Shown here: positions 39,616-49,171 of the stretch, in pieces | How the letters are laid out: each line of letters starts with the position of its first letter | Position numbering within the stretch: position 1 is the stretch's first letter | Source: an uncultured delta proteobacterium | Lineage (GTDB): Bacteria; Desulfobacterota; Binatia; UBA9968 | DNA length: 61,860 bases | Direction: 5' to 3' | NCBI GenBank assembly: GCA_963745035.1 | Contig: CAVUVW010000018.1 | Location: 1-61,860 of the forward strand | Notes under the pieces: generated by a model | Seen by the model: only the letters and a program-made list of their open reading frames with translations | The model's database searches: none | Told to the model about the DNA's origin: nothing | Translations under genes and position numbers: made by a program

Positions 39616-40626
39616 ATGAAAACTACCTTGAGACGCGCGCAGGTCCTGGTCGCGGTTTGCTTCATCGCGGCTGACCTGTGGGATTCAGTTCTTGTCCATG
39701 GCGCAGCGCCGAAAACGCCGCTTCGCGTGGCATACAGCTCGATCTCCGGCTCCGCGATCGTGCCGTTCATCGCGCTCGACAAGGGACTGTTTGCCAAATA
39801 CGATCTCGATGTCGAGTTAATCTACGTCGCTGGCTCGCAGGCGATGCAATCATTGCTGAGTGGTACGACGCCGATCGGCATACAGGGTATCGAGCCGGTG
39901 TTTCGCGTGAACGCGCAGGGCGGCGACTCAGTCATGATCTTGGGCTTGGTCACGAAACCGCCGTTCTCGATCATCGTGCGGCCCGAAATCAAAGACCACC
40001 GCGAGCTGCGCGGCAAGCCGATGGGCATAACCCGCTATGGCTCGTCAACCGACTTGCTGCTGCGGCTGACCTTGGACAAATGGGGTCTCAAACCGGAGAC
40101 AGATATTCCCATACTTCAGATGGGCGGCGTGCCGCCGATCCTGCACGGTATGCAGTCTAAGAAAATCGCTGGCGGACCACTTTCGTTGCCGACACTGGCG
40201 CGAGCCAAGCAGGAAGGATTTCGAGAGCTGGCTGATGTTGCCGACCTTGTTCCGGAGTACCAGGTGGCGGGAGTCGTGACCCGGCGCACGTTCATCAAGC
40301 AGCAGCCCGATGTCGTGCGCGGTTTCCTCAAAGCCATCGGCGAGGCGACGGCGACATTCAGAAACGACGCTGCGTTTGTCAAGAAAGTCATGCGCGAGCG
40401 CCTGAGAATCGACGATCCGCTTGTGGTGGAGGAAACGCAGAAGAATTATCCGCGCTATATGCCGGACATTCCCTATCCGAGCCGCGCCGGCGTGGCCGTA
40501 ATCAAAGCGTTTCTCGAAAAATCCGAGCCGGCGTTGCAGAAGTTATCCATCGACGATCAGATGGACATGACGATCGTGCGCGAGCTCGAGCAGAGCGGTT
40601 TTTTCGGTGGCCTACGAGGAAAGTGA
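39616..40626 (+). CDS. NMT1/SsuA-like ABC substrate-binding protein
   Basis: KGLFAKYDLDV, LRGKPMGITRYGS, ELEQSGFF. Confidence 0.88.
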   Translation: MKTTLRRAQVLVAVCFIAADLWDSVLVHGAAPKTPLRVAYSSISGSAIVPFIALDKGLFAKYDLDVELIYVAGSQAMQSLLSGTTPIGIQGIEPVFRVNAQGGDSVMILGLVTKPPFSIIVRPEIKDHRELRGKPMGITRYGSSTDLLLRLTLDKWGLKPETDIPILQMGGVPPILHGMQSKKIAGGPLSLPTLARAKQEGFRELADVADLVPEYQVAGVVTRRTFIKQQPDVVRGFLKAIGEATATFRNDAAFVKKVMRERLRIDDPLVVEETQKNYPRYMPDIPYPSRAGVAVIKAFLEKSEPALQKLSIDDQMDMTIVRELEQSGFFGGLRGK

Positions 40627-40635
40627 GGCGAAGAA

Positions 40636-40746
40636 CTGGAGTGATGGAGTAGTGGAGTGATGATCTCGGCAAAAGACGTCCCACCTATTTCCGGTCTCTC
40701 TCTTTACTCCCTCGCCTACGAAATGGGAGAGGGCAGGGGTGAGGGC
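40636..40746. repeat. Single TGGAGTNN arm plus CCCTC...GGGAGAGGGCAGGGGTGAGGG REP-like unit
   Basis: ctggagtgatggagtagtggagtgatg (40636-40662) and ccctcgcc..tgggagagggcaggggtgaggg (40709-40745), between convergent genes. Confidence 0.6.
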
Positions 40747-40852
40747 AACGTCCGCAATCCTTTCGTCGGCTAAGCTAATTGATCCACGAGAGCGGGAGGG
40801 ATTAGCTCAGGTTTCCTCGCGGTGATTTACTAGCGAATTGGTTCGGAGTGAG

Positions 40853-41800
40853 TCAGTTTCCAACCGGCGCGAAAAGATCGCTCAACGCTGGCCTGCTGGG
40901 TATGTAGCCTTGCTCGTTGGCGTATTGAACGAACTTTTCCAGGACGACCTGGTTTTCATTGGTCAAGCCGTGGCCCCACGGATTTCTGCCGAACAGCTCT
41001 TCTTCTTCCTCAAGAATTAGAACGGCGGAAGGAAACGCCGAGCGCTTGGCGTAGTCGTAAGACTTCCGGCAAATTTCTTCGGCTTCGGTGAAAGCCTTCA
41101 GCAAGCTCGATACCAGCCATGGATTCTCGTCGAAGAGCGACTGGCGCACGACCAGCGTGTGCGTGATCGGAAAGATTCTCGTCTTACGGAAGTATTCATT
41201 TACCGTCGCGCGCGCATCTTTGAAGACGCGGCGGATGCGCGGGTCTCTGGCGCGAAACGACGGCACGATGTTAGGCGGAATGAGCGCATCGATCTCTCCA
41301 CGGAGCAAAAGCGCTTCGGTGGGCTCGTTCACGACGGTGACTTTTATATTCGCCGGTATCCTATACCCGGCGGCTTCAGGGGCCGAGGTGAACCACTCGC
41401 ACTGTTCCGGCCGCACGCCGTGATACTCCTGGAGAATGCCGCGTGCCCAAAGACCAACCGTTAGGCGATACTCGTCCATGCCGATCTTCTTGCCCTTGAG
41501 ATCTTCCGGCCGCACAATGCCGGAGGCGGCGGAGCAAAAAATGTAGGGATGAATCTGCATGCGCAGTGGAAAAATCGGCAGAGCGATCACGGGCTCATTG
41601 CGGCAGCGCGCCATCATGTACCACGAGAGCGACATTTCGGCGATGTCGAACTCTTCGTACACCGGCTTGAGGCAGGCTTCGCCAGTCTCGGCGCGCCGCG
41701 GCTGTAGCTTAATTCCTTCGGCCATTACCTCGCCGCTCAGCAGCGGGCGCGTGCGATGGTAGTCGGCGAGGAGAATGGACAACTCTAACTCGTGCGCCAT
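40853..41800 (-). CDS. 4,5-dihydroxyphthalate decarboxylase-like (OphC/Pht5 family, PBP fold)
   Basis: DYHRTRPLLSG, FDIAEMSLS, LPIFP.R..H, EYRLT..LWARGIL, FPITH, YANEQG; no signal peptide. Confidence 0.75.
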   Translation of the reverse strand: MAHELELSILLADYHRTRPLLSGEVMAEGIKLQPRRAETGEACLKPVYEEFDIAEMSLSWYMMARCRNEPVIALPIFPLRMQIHPYIFCSAASGIVRPEDLKGKKIGMDEYRLTVGLWARGILQEYHGVRPEQCEWFTSAPEAAGYRIPANIKVTVVNEPTEALLLRGEIDALIPPNIVPSFRARDPRIRRVFKDARATVNEYFRKTRIFPITHTLVVRQSLFDENPWLVSSLLKAFTEAEEICRKSYDYAKRSAFPSAVLILEEEEELFGRNPWGHGLTNENQVVLEKFVQYANEQGYIPSRPALSDLFAPVGN

Positions 41801-41849
41801 ATCGTCTCCTTTGTTCCGTTTTTAGCTAAGGCAGCCAGCGGCACTGCAA

Positions 41850-41972
41850 TTGGAGTGGTTGAGTAATGGAGTGTTGGAGTGTTGCGCGGATCCAGGACCA
41901 ACCCACCACTCCAGTCTACTCCACTACTCCATCACTCCAACTTAAATCAAAACTCCACAACTCCATTACTCC
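41850..41972. repeat. Inverted array of 8-nt TGGAGTNN units
   Basis: ttggagtggttgagtaatggagtgttggagtgttg ... cactccagtctactccactactccatcactccaa, plus extra ctcca units. Confidence 0.85.
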
Positions 41973-41980
41973 GGTTTTGT

Positions 41981-42947
41981 TCATCGTCCCTGACTGCCGG
42001 CCTTCACCAAAAACTGCCGGGTGAAAAATTTGTCCGGGCCGCCGACCTTTTTTGCTTCGGCGTCGATTTTCGTTGCGGCGATGAGGGCGTCGATATCATC
42101 CCGAGAGATCGCGGTCGAATACACTCCGGCGAACTGGTTGATCACCTGCCGCACCGTCGTCGGATCGCCGAACTTGTTCTTCTTGATGACGCTTTCGGCA
42201 ACTCTATCGGGGTTCTTCTTGAGAAAGTCTAGGCCGCGGTTAATCGCGCGTAGTGTCGCGACGATGCCTTCCGGATCGGTTTCCAATTTTTGTTTGCCGG
42301 TCGCGATGACCACGAAGGGAAATCCGGGAATGACGCTGCCGATGTCGAACAGGGTCGGAAAGCCTTTCTTTTCAAGCGCCAGCCTTTCCAAAAAAGAAAA
42401 CGGTGAGGCTTGAATTTTTCCTGTTTCCAAAGCTTGGGCCCGGGACGGGCTGTTACCGACGCCGTACAGAATCTTGTAATCGCGATCGCGCACCAAGCCT
42501 TTCCGAGTCAAGCCTTCGACAGCAGCGAATTCCGCGACGCCGCCGGGGCCGGTGACCCCGACGACCTTGCCTTTGAGATCGTTGACGCTGTTAAATCCTT
42601 TGGCGCCGATCAGCGTATAATCCATGTAAGGTTGGATGCCGCTGATGATGAGCATGGGCGCACCCTGCCCGATCGCGCGCACCGCAGCGACGCCGGCGAC
42701 CAAAGTGTAATCGACACCGCCTCCGACGAGCGCGGCCATGGCGGTTGGTCCGCCTGTGATCAGAACCGTTCTTACGTCCAAACCTTCAGCGGCGAAAAAC
42801 CCAAAATCCTGCGCGACCACCAGCGGCAGCGTTCCGCTAAGGGTCGGCGTGTTGGAGGCGAAGTTGACGGTTTTGGCTGAGGCGGTGTTATGGCTCGCGC
42901 AAAAAGCCAGTAATAAAGAACAGCAGCAGGATAGACATTGTTCTCAT
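41981..42947 (-). CDS. NMT1/SsuA-like ABC substrate-binding protein (frameshift in signal peptide)
   Basis: GFFAAEGLDV, DLKGKVVGV. Confidence 0.82.
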
Positions 42948-42997
42948 TTGTTTCTTACATCTCCCTGACTGTCGAACTTTGTCTCATTGTCCAGGTT

Positions 42998-43066
42998 TGT
43001 CATCCGAAACGAAGGTGAGGGATCTAGTCTCTTAAGGAAGGATTTCTCGCTTTGCTCGAAATGACA
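42998..43066. repeat. Palindromic element of the GTCAT...ATGAC family
   Basis: tgtcatccgaaacgaaggtgagggatct ... ggatttctcgctttgctcgaaatgaca. Confidence 0.8.
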
Positions 43067-43129
43067 TCCGATGATGCAACGGATTTTCGGTATTGACGAT
43101 ACAGCACTCCCAATGCTCTGAGTCCTTTC

Positions 43130-44143
43130 TTACAGCTCTCTCGTGCTTTCGGCAAACAACTCTTCCACTTTCGGCTTCTTGGTGATGAGCCCCTGCTCGT
43201 GGGAGAAATCGATGAGCGTCTCGAGCATCTTGCGGTTGGCTTTGACCCCGTAGGGATACGGGTCGCTGCCGAATATCTCCTGAGTCATGGCCAAGTACTC
43301 TTTGCCGAAAAAGAGCCCGGACGGAATGCTGTCCACAAGCTTGGCGTTGAACTCCGCCTTGGCTTTCACAAAACCGGTATAAAGATTGAACGCGACCCAC
43401 GGATATTTTTTGTAAACATCGCCGCGAATCGTATAGGCGTGATTGACCGGTAAAAATCCCCATTTTTGGAAAAACCGTTTACCCTCGGCCATGCGATCGG
43501 TAAAGAGCCGTTTCACCTTGCTCCAGTCACCGTCCGCTCCCGGAATCCGGTGCGAGCGGCCAATGACGTTGGGCGTATTCTGCCACGGGCTGTTGATGGC
43601 GGCGGCATCCAGTTCATTATTGACCAGCATGGACGCCATGCTTTTATCCGGCGGAATTCTCTGGAAAGAAATTCCCTGCGGCGGCGTGAATCCGGTCGCG
43701 CCGCCATGGCTCAACTCTTCGGTGCGTTCCATGTGCCAATGGACCTTGTATTGAGAAACGCCGAAGTCGTGTTCCAGAATACCGCGCTGCCAGAGCGCCG
43801 CGGTTTGCTGATATTCGCCGACGCCGAAGCGCTTGCCGGCCAAATCTTCGGGCTTCTTGATGCCCGAGTCGATGTTGTAAGAAATTTCGGTGTGAAACAG
43901 GCGGCGGCTCGGGAACACCGGCAGGGCGATGAGATCAAAGCCGCGCTCGCGGGCAATCAGATATGACGACATCGACATCTCGCCGACCTCGAACTCCTGG
44001 AACTTGAGCTGGCGCCAAAAGGTCTCCGAAGGATGCGAGTAGGTCGGCACGATCTCGATGCCTTCTGCCTGAACGGTGCCCTTCATCAGGGGATCCACTC
44101 TTTCGTTAAAAGCCGAGATGAAACTCAATTGAAGCTTGGGCAT
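43130..44143 (-). CDS. 4,5-dihydroxyphthalate decarboxylase-like protein (paralogue A)
   Basis: PSETFWRQL, EMSMSSY, LPVFPSR, EYQQTAALW.RGIL, PVNH, YPYGV, SHEQGL. Confidence 0.75.
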   Translation of the reverse strand: MPKLQLSFISAFNERVDPLMKGTVQAEGIEIVPTYSHPSETFWRQLKFQEFEVGEMSMSSYLIARERGFDLIALPVFPSRRLFHTEISYNIDSGIKKPEDLAGKRFGVGEYQQTAALWQRGILEHDFGVSQYKVHWHMERTEELSHGGATGFTPPQGISFQRIPPDKSMASMLVNNELDAAAINSPWQNTPNVIGRSHRIPGADGDWSKVKRLFTDRMAEGKRFFQKWGFLPVNHAYTIRGDVYKKYPWVAFNLYTGFVKAKAEFNAKLVDSIPSGLFFGKEYLAMTQEIFGSDPYPYGVKANRKMLETLIDFSHEQGLITKKPKVEELFAESTREL

Positions 44144-44188
44144 GTGTGTCTCCTGGCCGAAAACGGTCCCGCAGCAATCGACCCCGGA

Positions 44189-44216
44189 AGGATTTCTCCC
44201 TTCGGTCGAAATGACA
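44189..44216. repeat. Half unit of the GTCAT...ATGAC family
   Basis: aggatttctcccttcggtcgaaatgaca. Confidence 0.65.
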
Positions 44217-44279
44217 ATGGCGTTTCTGGATGCGGTCGCAAGGTTGAAGCGTCCGGTTCTGTTTTGCGTTCTTTCCCTC

Positions 44280-45293
44280 TTACAGAGCCAGTGTTTCCTT
44301 GGCGAATAACTCCTCGATCTGCATTTTTCGCGGCGTCAAACCCTGCTCAGCCGAGTATGCGATGATCGTTTCGAGCATAGCTTCATTGGCCTTGATGCCG
44401 TAAGGGAAAGGGTCGTCGCCCAAAATCTCCCGCGTCATCGCAAGGTACTCCGGTCCAAAGACCAGCGCGGCGGGGATGCGCTCATTCAGTGTTTCCGCGG
44501 CCTGTGTTTTTGCCTTGACGAACGCCTCGTACAGCTTCACCGCGACATCCGGGTGCGCGCGGTAAACATCGCCGCGGATGATGTAGGTGTGGTTGACGGG
44601 GACAAAGCCGTGTGCGCCGACAAATCGTTTGGCTTCGCCGATCTCGTCGGGAAACAGCGGCTTCACCTTGGACCAGTCACCTTCGCCGCCGCGCATGTGC
44701 GTGGATCGGTCGATCACGTTAACCGCGCGCGAGAGGTGCCCACCGATGGGCGCGACGTCGATTTCATTATCGACCAGCATGGTCGCCATGCTCTTGTCCG
44801 GAGGGATGCGGTGAAACGAAATGCCCGCCGGGGGCGTAAAGCCGGTGGCGCCGCCGTGGCTCAATTCTTCGGTGCGTTCCATGTACCAGTGAACTTTGTA
44901 CTGGGAGACGCCGAAGTCATGCTCCAATACGCCGCGCGCCCATAATGCAGCGGTCTGCTGGTATTCGCCGACGCCGATGCGTTTGCCGTTGAGATCGCCC
45001 GGTTCCTTGATGCCGGAGTCCAAATGGTAGGACTGCTCTGCATGAAAGAAACGGCGGCTCGGAAAGACCGGCAACGCGATCATGTCGGCGCCGCGCGAGC
45101 GCGCAATGAGATAAGAGGACATCGACATCTCGGCGACTTGGAATTCGTTGAACTTGAGTTGGCGCCAGAAAGTTTCGGAGGGATGGGAGTAAGTTGGGAT
45201 GATGTCGATGCCGTCGGCTTCGACGCCACCGTTCATGAGCGGCTCGACCCGTTCGTTGAAGTTGGAAATGAAACTAAGGCTCAAGTTCTCCAT
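44280..45293 (-). CDS. 4,5-dihydroxyphthalate decarboxylase-like protein (paralogue B)
   Basis: Same motifs as paralogue A; 337 aa. Confidence 0.75.
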   Translation of the reverse strand: MENLSLSFISNFNERVEPLMNGGVEADGIDIIPTYSHPSETFWRQLKFNEFQVAEMSMSSYLIARSRGADMIALPVFPSRRFFHAEQSYHLDSGIKEPGDLNGKRIGVGEYQQTAALWARGVLEHDFGVSQYKVHWYMERTEELSHGGATGFTPPAGISFHRIPPDKSMATMLVDNEIDVAPIGGHLSRAVNVIDRSTHMRGGEGDWSKVKPLFPDEIGEAKRFVGAHGFVPVNHTYIIRGDVYRAHPDVAVKLYEAFVKAKTQAAETLNERIPAALVFGPEYLAMTREILGDDPFPYGIKANEAMLETIIAYSAEQGLTPRKMQIEELFAKETLAL

Positions 45294-45306
45294 CGATATC
45301 GCAACG

Positions 45307-46332
45307 TTAGCGGAGCTTGAAAATGCTGTTGTAGAGCTTTACCAGGCCTTCGAAATCTTTGTAATCCTCGGGATTCTCCACGATCCGTTTGTATCCTCTA
45401 AAAAGCCGCGGCGGGTCGGGCTCAACGTCTTTGCGCACCGGTATGCGCTGCATCCCTCGCAGCATCTCCTGGCCCTCTTTGGAAAGACTGAAATCATAAT
45501 AGAGCCGCGCCGCGTTCGGATGCGGCGCCTTCGCCGCGATCATGATCGGAAAGGCGGAGACCACCGCCGGTTCGAGCGCGACCCAGTCCATGGGCGCGCC
45601 CCGCGCGACCATTCGCTCGAAGGTCTGGTTGTACGAAATCGTCAACGGGTATTCACCCGCCGCCGCAAGTGCGACGCGCTCCGTGTTGCCACGCTTCAAG
45701 GCGGGATCGATGGCGGCGATCCGCCGAAAGTAGGCAATGGCTTTTTCGCGTCCCCACGCGCGCATCAATCCTTGCAGCATGCCGTAGGCTTCGTTGTCGA
45801 AGGACAACTGGCCGCCTTTCCATTTCGGGTCGACCAGCGCTTCGTAGGTGCGTGGCACGTCTTCGCGCTTGACCAATTTGGTGTGCCATCCCAGCACATA
45901 CGAGATAACGTAGTATCCCGACCAGTAGCCTTCCTTATCGAAAAGGTCTTCGTCGATCATTTTCGTTTCAGGCGAGCGGTAGGATGCGAGCAGTTTTCGC
46001 TCCATCAATGGCATCACCATCTCCGCCCGGCCGGCGGTCACGTCCCATAGATGCTGCCCCGCGCGGGCTTCAGTGAATATTTTATTGAGCAGCGGACCGC
46101 CGCCGGTGCGAAAGAGCGTTGCTTTGATAAAGGGATATTTTTTCTGAAAGCGGTCGATGACCTCCTTGCTCTGATCGAGCGTCATCGTCGTATAGAAGAC
46201 CATCTGGCCTTCTTTCTTTGCGCCTTCGATGACTTTGGGATCTGGACTTTGCGCAATGGCTGGATCGGAAGCGTGGGAGACAAAAAGAACCAGAGTGCTT
46301 ATGAAAAGAATGCTGCATCGGATTATTTTCAT
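45307..46332 (-). CDS. ABC extracellular solute-binding protein (AfuA/FbpA Fe3+-type family)
   Basis: Signal peptide, EGAKKEG, FQKKYP, LVDPKWKG, AAGEY, APHPNAARL..DF.LSKEGQ. Confidence 0.85.
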   Translation of the reverse strand: MKIIRCSILFISTLVLFVSHASDPAIAQSPDPKVIEGAKKEGQMVFYTTMTLDQSKEVIDRFQKKYPFIKATLFRTGGGPLLNKIFTEARAGQHLWDVTAGRAEMVMPLMERKLLASYRSPETKMIDEDLFDKEGYWSGYYVISYVLGWHTKLVKREDVPRTYEALVDPKWKGGQLSFDNEAYGMLQGLMRAWGREKAIAYFRRIAAIDPALKRGNTERVALAAAGEYPLTISYNQTFERMVARGAPMDWVALEPAVVSAFPIMIAAKAPHPNAARLYYDFSLSKEGQEMLRGMQRIPVRKDVEPDPPRLFRGYKRIVENPEDYKDFEGLVKLYNSIFKLR

Positions 46333-46371
46333 ATTTGCCTCTTTACCCCGGACCTGGATTTCGAGTCCCGC

Positions 46372-47383
46372 TCATAAACCGAGAGTACTTTCCGCGAACA
46401 ATTCCTCGACGGCCAGTTTTCTCGGAGTAAGCCCCTGTTCGTGGGAAAAGCCGATGATCGTGTCGAGCATCGGCTTGGTTCGCTTTGATGCCGAAGGGAA
46501 AAGGATCGTCGCCGATCATGTCGCGCGTCATGGCTGCGTATTCCGGACCGAAGAACAGCCCCGTCGGTATACGCTCCAGCATTTTCTCACGGGCGAGCGC
46601 TTTGGCTTTGACGAAGCCGGTATAGAGGTTGAACGCGACCCAGGGATACTTTTTGTAGATGTCGCCGCGAATGATGTAGGTGTGATTGACGGGCAGAAAG
46701 CCGTGTTTCTTGTGGAAGCGCGCGCCTTCGGCCATGCGATCGGGAAAGAGCGGTCGTATTTTGCTCCAATCTCCCTTTCCCGTGATGCGGCTGGAGCGAT
46801 CCAGGGTATTCGCCTGAAGCACGAACGGGCTCGCGACGTGGGCGACATCCAGTTCATTATCCAGCAGAGTCGAAACCAGGCTCTTGTTCGGGGCGATGCG
46901 ATTGAACGAAATACCGGCCGGCGGCTTGAAGCCGGTCGCGCCGCCGTGGCTCATCTCTTCGCTGCGCTCCATGTACCAGTGAATCTTGTACTGCGAGACG
47001 CCGAAGTCGTGCTCGAGAATGCCGCGTATCCAGAGCGCCGCGGTCTGCTGGTACTCGGCGACGCCGAGTTTTTTGCCGGCGAGGTCTTCCGGCTTCGTGA
47101 TGCCCGAATCGACGTGGTAGGAAAGCTCGGTTTGAAACAGCCGCCGGCTCGGAAAGACCGGCAGGGCGATCATGTCGGCGCCTTGGGATTTGGCGATCAA
47201 ATAAGACGACATCGACATCTCCGCCACTTCGAACTCGCCGAACTTGAGCTGGCGCCAAAAAGTCTCGGCTGGATGGGAGTAGGTCGGGATCAGCTCGATG
47301 CCTTCCGCTTTGACGGTGCCGTTCATCAGCGGCTCGACGCGCTCGTTGAACGCGGAGATGAATCCTAGAGTGAGTTTAGGCAT
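46372..47383 (-). CDS. 4,5-dihydroxyphthalate decarboxylase-like protein (paralogue C; frameshift near 46475)
   Basis: Same motifs; true C-terminus ...GFSHEQGLTPRKLAVEELFAESTLGL* lies in the alternative frame. Confidence 0.75.
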
Positions 47384-47440
47384 GGTGTTACAATGAGTGG
47401 TCGAGACATCGCTCAATGGTTGATAGTGCTCGCAGTGTTT

Positions 47441-47523
47441 GTCATTCCCGCATGTCTTTAGCGACGAAGAATCCAGGCGAACTTCGTGACTGAGACCCCC
47501 GATTAAAACGATTCGGGGGTGAC
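47441..47523. repeat. GTCATTCCCG...GAATCC / CCCCCG..CGGGGGTGAC palindromic element
   Basis: gtcattcccgcatgtctttagcg..gaatcc ... cccccgattaaaacgattcgggggtgac. Confidence 0.6.
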
Positions 47524-47591
47524 GACATGGGAGTAGTCGTCCAAGGGTTTCCTCGTATCGCTCATCTAAGCGGCCGCGATTTGTTCAGTGC

Positions 47592-48278
47592 TTACTTCTC
47601 GTACCCCTCGATGGACCAGATATCGTAGAGCAGTTCCATGCGCCGGAAGGTGTGCTTGCGCGTCTGCTCCTGCAGATGTGGCGAGTGGAGATAGCGCACC
47701 GCGATGTCTTCGCGAGGCTGCTGTGGTCTTCGTCCGCTTCGGAATGGACGGTGAAAAAGCGCACGTCATCGGGCTTCATGTTGTAGTTCTTTAGCAAACC
47801 GTGCCCGATCGCCGCCGCCGCGGGGCCGAAGGTTCCTTCCGCGCCGATCTGGATCGACATGACGACGAACCAAGGCAGGGTATGAATGATCAATTCGACG
47901 TAATACAAATGCGCCGCCGTGGACGGGCGCAGCTCGGCGTTCTCGAGTTGGTCTTTCGATAAGGCCAATGGCGTTGGCGAAGCGGATCGCCAGCTCGTTA
48001 TGGCCGGCGCTGCCGGTGTCCATGCCGCGGGTCTCTTCCTCGACGACACCCCAGAGCCGCTGGGCGATCTCCGGATCGTTGCAGGCCAAATAGCGCATCA
48101 TCGCGATGCGCGGCACGGCGGCGCGAAACTGATAATCTTGAATCGCCCAGGCGCGAATCTGGTCCATGGTCGCCGTCCCGTTGCACACGGCTTTCAAGAA
48201 CGGATGCTTGATGCGGATTTTGGGAAACGCCTGAATGTCTTTCTTCAGCTGATCGACGAATTCCTTGGATGTGGCCAT
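47592..48278 (-). CDS. TenA/PqqC/CADD-like heme-oxygenase-fold (diiron) protein (frameshifts near 47960 and 47710)
   Basis: HPF, EEE..H, AEG, FFTVHSEADEDH (HxxxDxxH); C-terminus RRMELLYDIWSIEGYEK*. Confidence 0.8.
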
Positions 48279-48308
48279 ATCGTTTTCCTCCTAACGTTTT
48301 CACTTGAG

Positions 48309-48385
48309 TTGGAGTGATGGAATGTTGGAGTACTGGAGTGTTGCCAAATCTATCACTCCAACACTCCAGTACTCCATTACTCCAA
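48309..48385. repeat. Inverted array of 8-nt TGGAGTNN units
   Basis: ttggagtgatggaatgttggagtactggagtgttg ... tcactccaacactccagtactccattactccaa. Confidence 0.85.
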
Positions 48386-49082
48386 TTATTTTTTCGCCTC
48401 GAGCCGGCTGACGAAATACTCCCAGCCGCGCATGGGGAAGCGCTGGTCGGCGTTGTAAGCTTCGAGCTCCTCGGCGGTCAGATATTTCGGGTCGCCGTGC
48501 AGCATCGCCAGATGATTCCACTCGCCGAGCATGGCCAGCCGCGTCGTGCGTTCGATGACCTGCTCGACGCTCTCGCCGACTACTGCGTCGCCGTGCGCGC
48601 GCATCAAAACCGCCGGATGCTGACCGAGGGCGGCGGCGAGATCGTTGCCGCGCTCTACAGTGCGCACGAGGCCGATTCCCTGGTACACCGGCGGGCCGTC
48701 GGCGGACAAAAATTTGCCGTAGTGGTGCATGGGCTTGAGCTTGATCGGCAGCACGCTGAAGATCGTGCTCCATTTGGAGTGGGTGTGCGCGACACTGACG
48801 ATCTCGGGACGGGCTCTCAAGAATGCACGAATGGATCGGCCATTCGTTGGGCGGTGTTTTGGCGCCGTCGAGATAGTTGCCGTCGAGGTCCTGCATGATC
48901 AACCGGTCGCGGGTGACGCAGCCCGGGCTCACGTTGGCGATGGTGATGAACGCATCCGCTCCGGGAACGCGCACGCTGACATGGCCGTAGCCGTCGGTCA
49001 CGCCTTCATGATCGAGGATGTGGCAGGCGGTCATCAGTTTTTCGATCGGCTCTTTCAGTTCCGCCGAGTCGATTTTGGGCAC
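48386..49082 (-). CDS. Class II aldolase/adducin-fold protein (frameshift near 48822)
   Basis: GHVSVR, EWPIH, ARP..SVAHTH, LMRAHG. Confidence 0.85.
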
Positions 49083-49142
49083 GTCTTTGTGGCTGGCAGG
49101 CCATAACTCTCCTTGTTGGATAACAACAAATCTGTCTTCGCG

Positions 49143-49171
49143 AATTTATGCGGCGCTTGTCGGGGTGTCAA
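49143..49171 (-). promoter_or_regulatory. Putative sigma70 promoter for the downstream aldolase/diiron genes
   Basis: Minus strand TTGACA-N17-TAAATT; the -35 element overlaps the upstream stop codon. Confidence 0.45.

Noticed and set aside
40853-47383. Complete phthalate degradation (oph/pht) operon
   Set aside because: Only decarboxylase-like genes are present; the dioxygenase, reductase and dihydrodiol dehydrogenase are missing.
47592-48278. PQQ biosynthesis or thiamine salvage cluster
   Set aside because: No pqqABDE or thi genes and no visible TPP riboswitch; the NMT1/THI5 labels are fold-level only.
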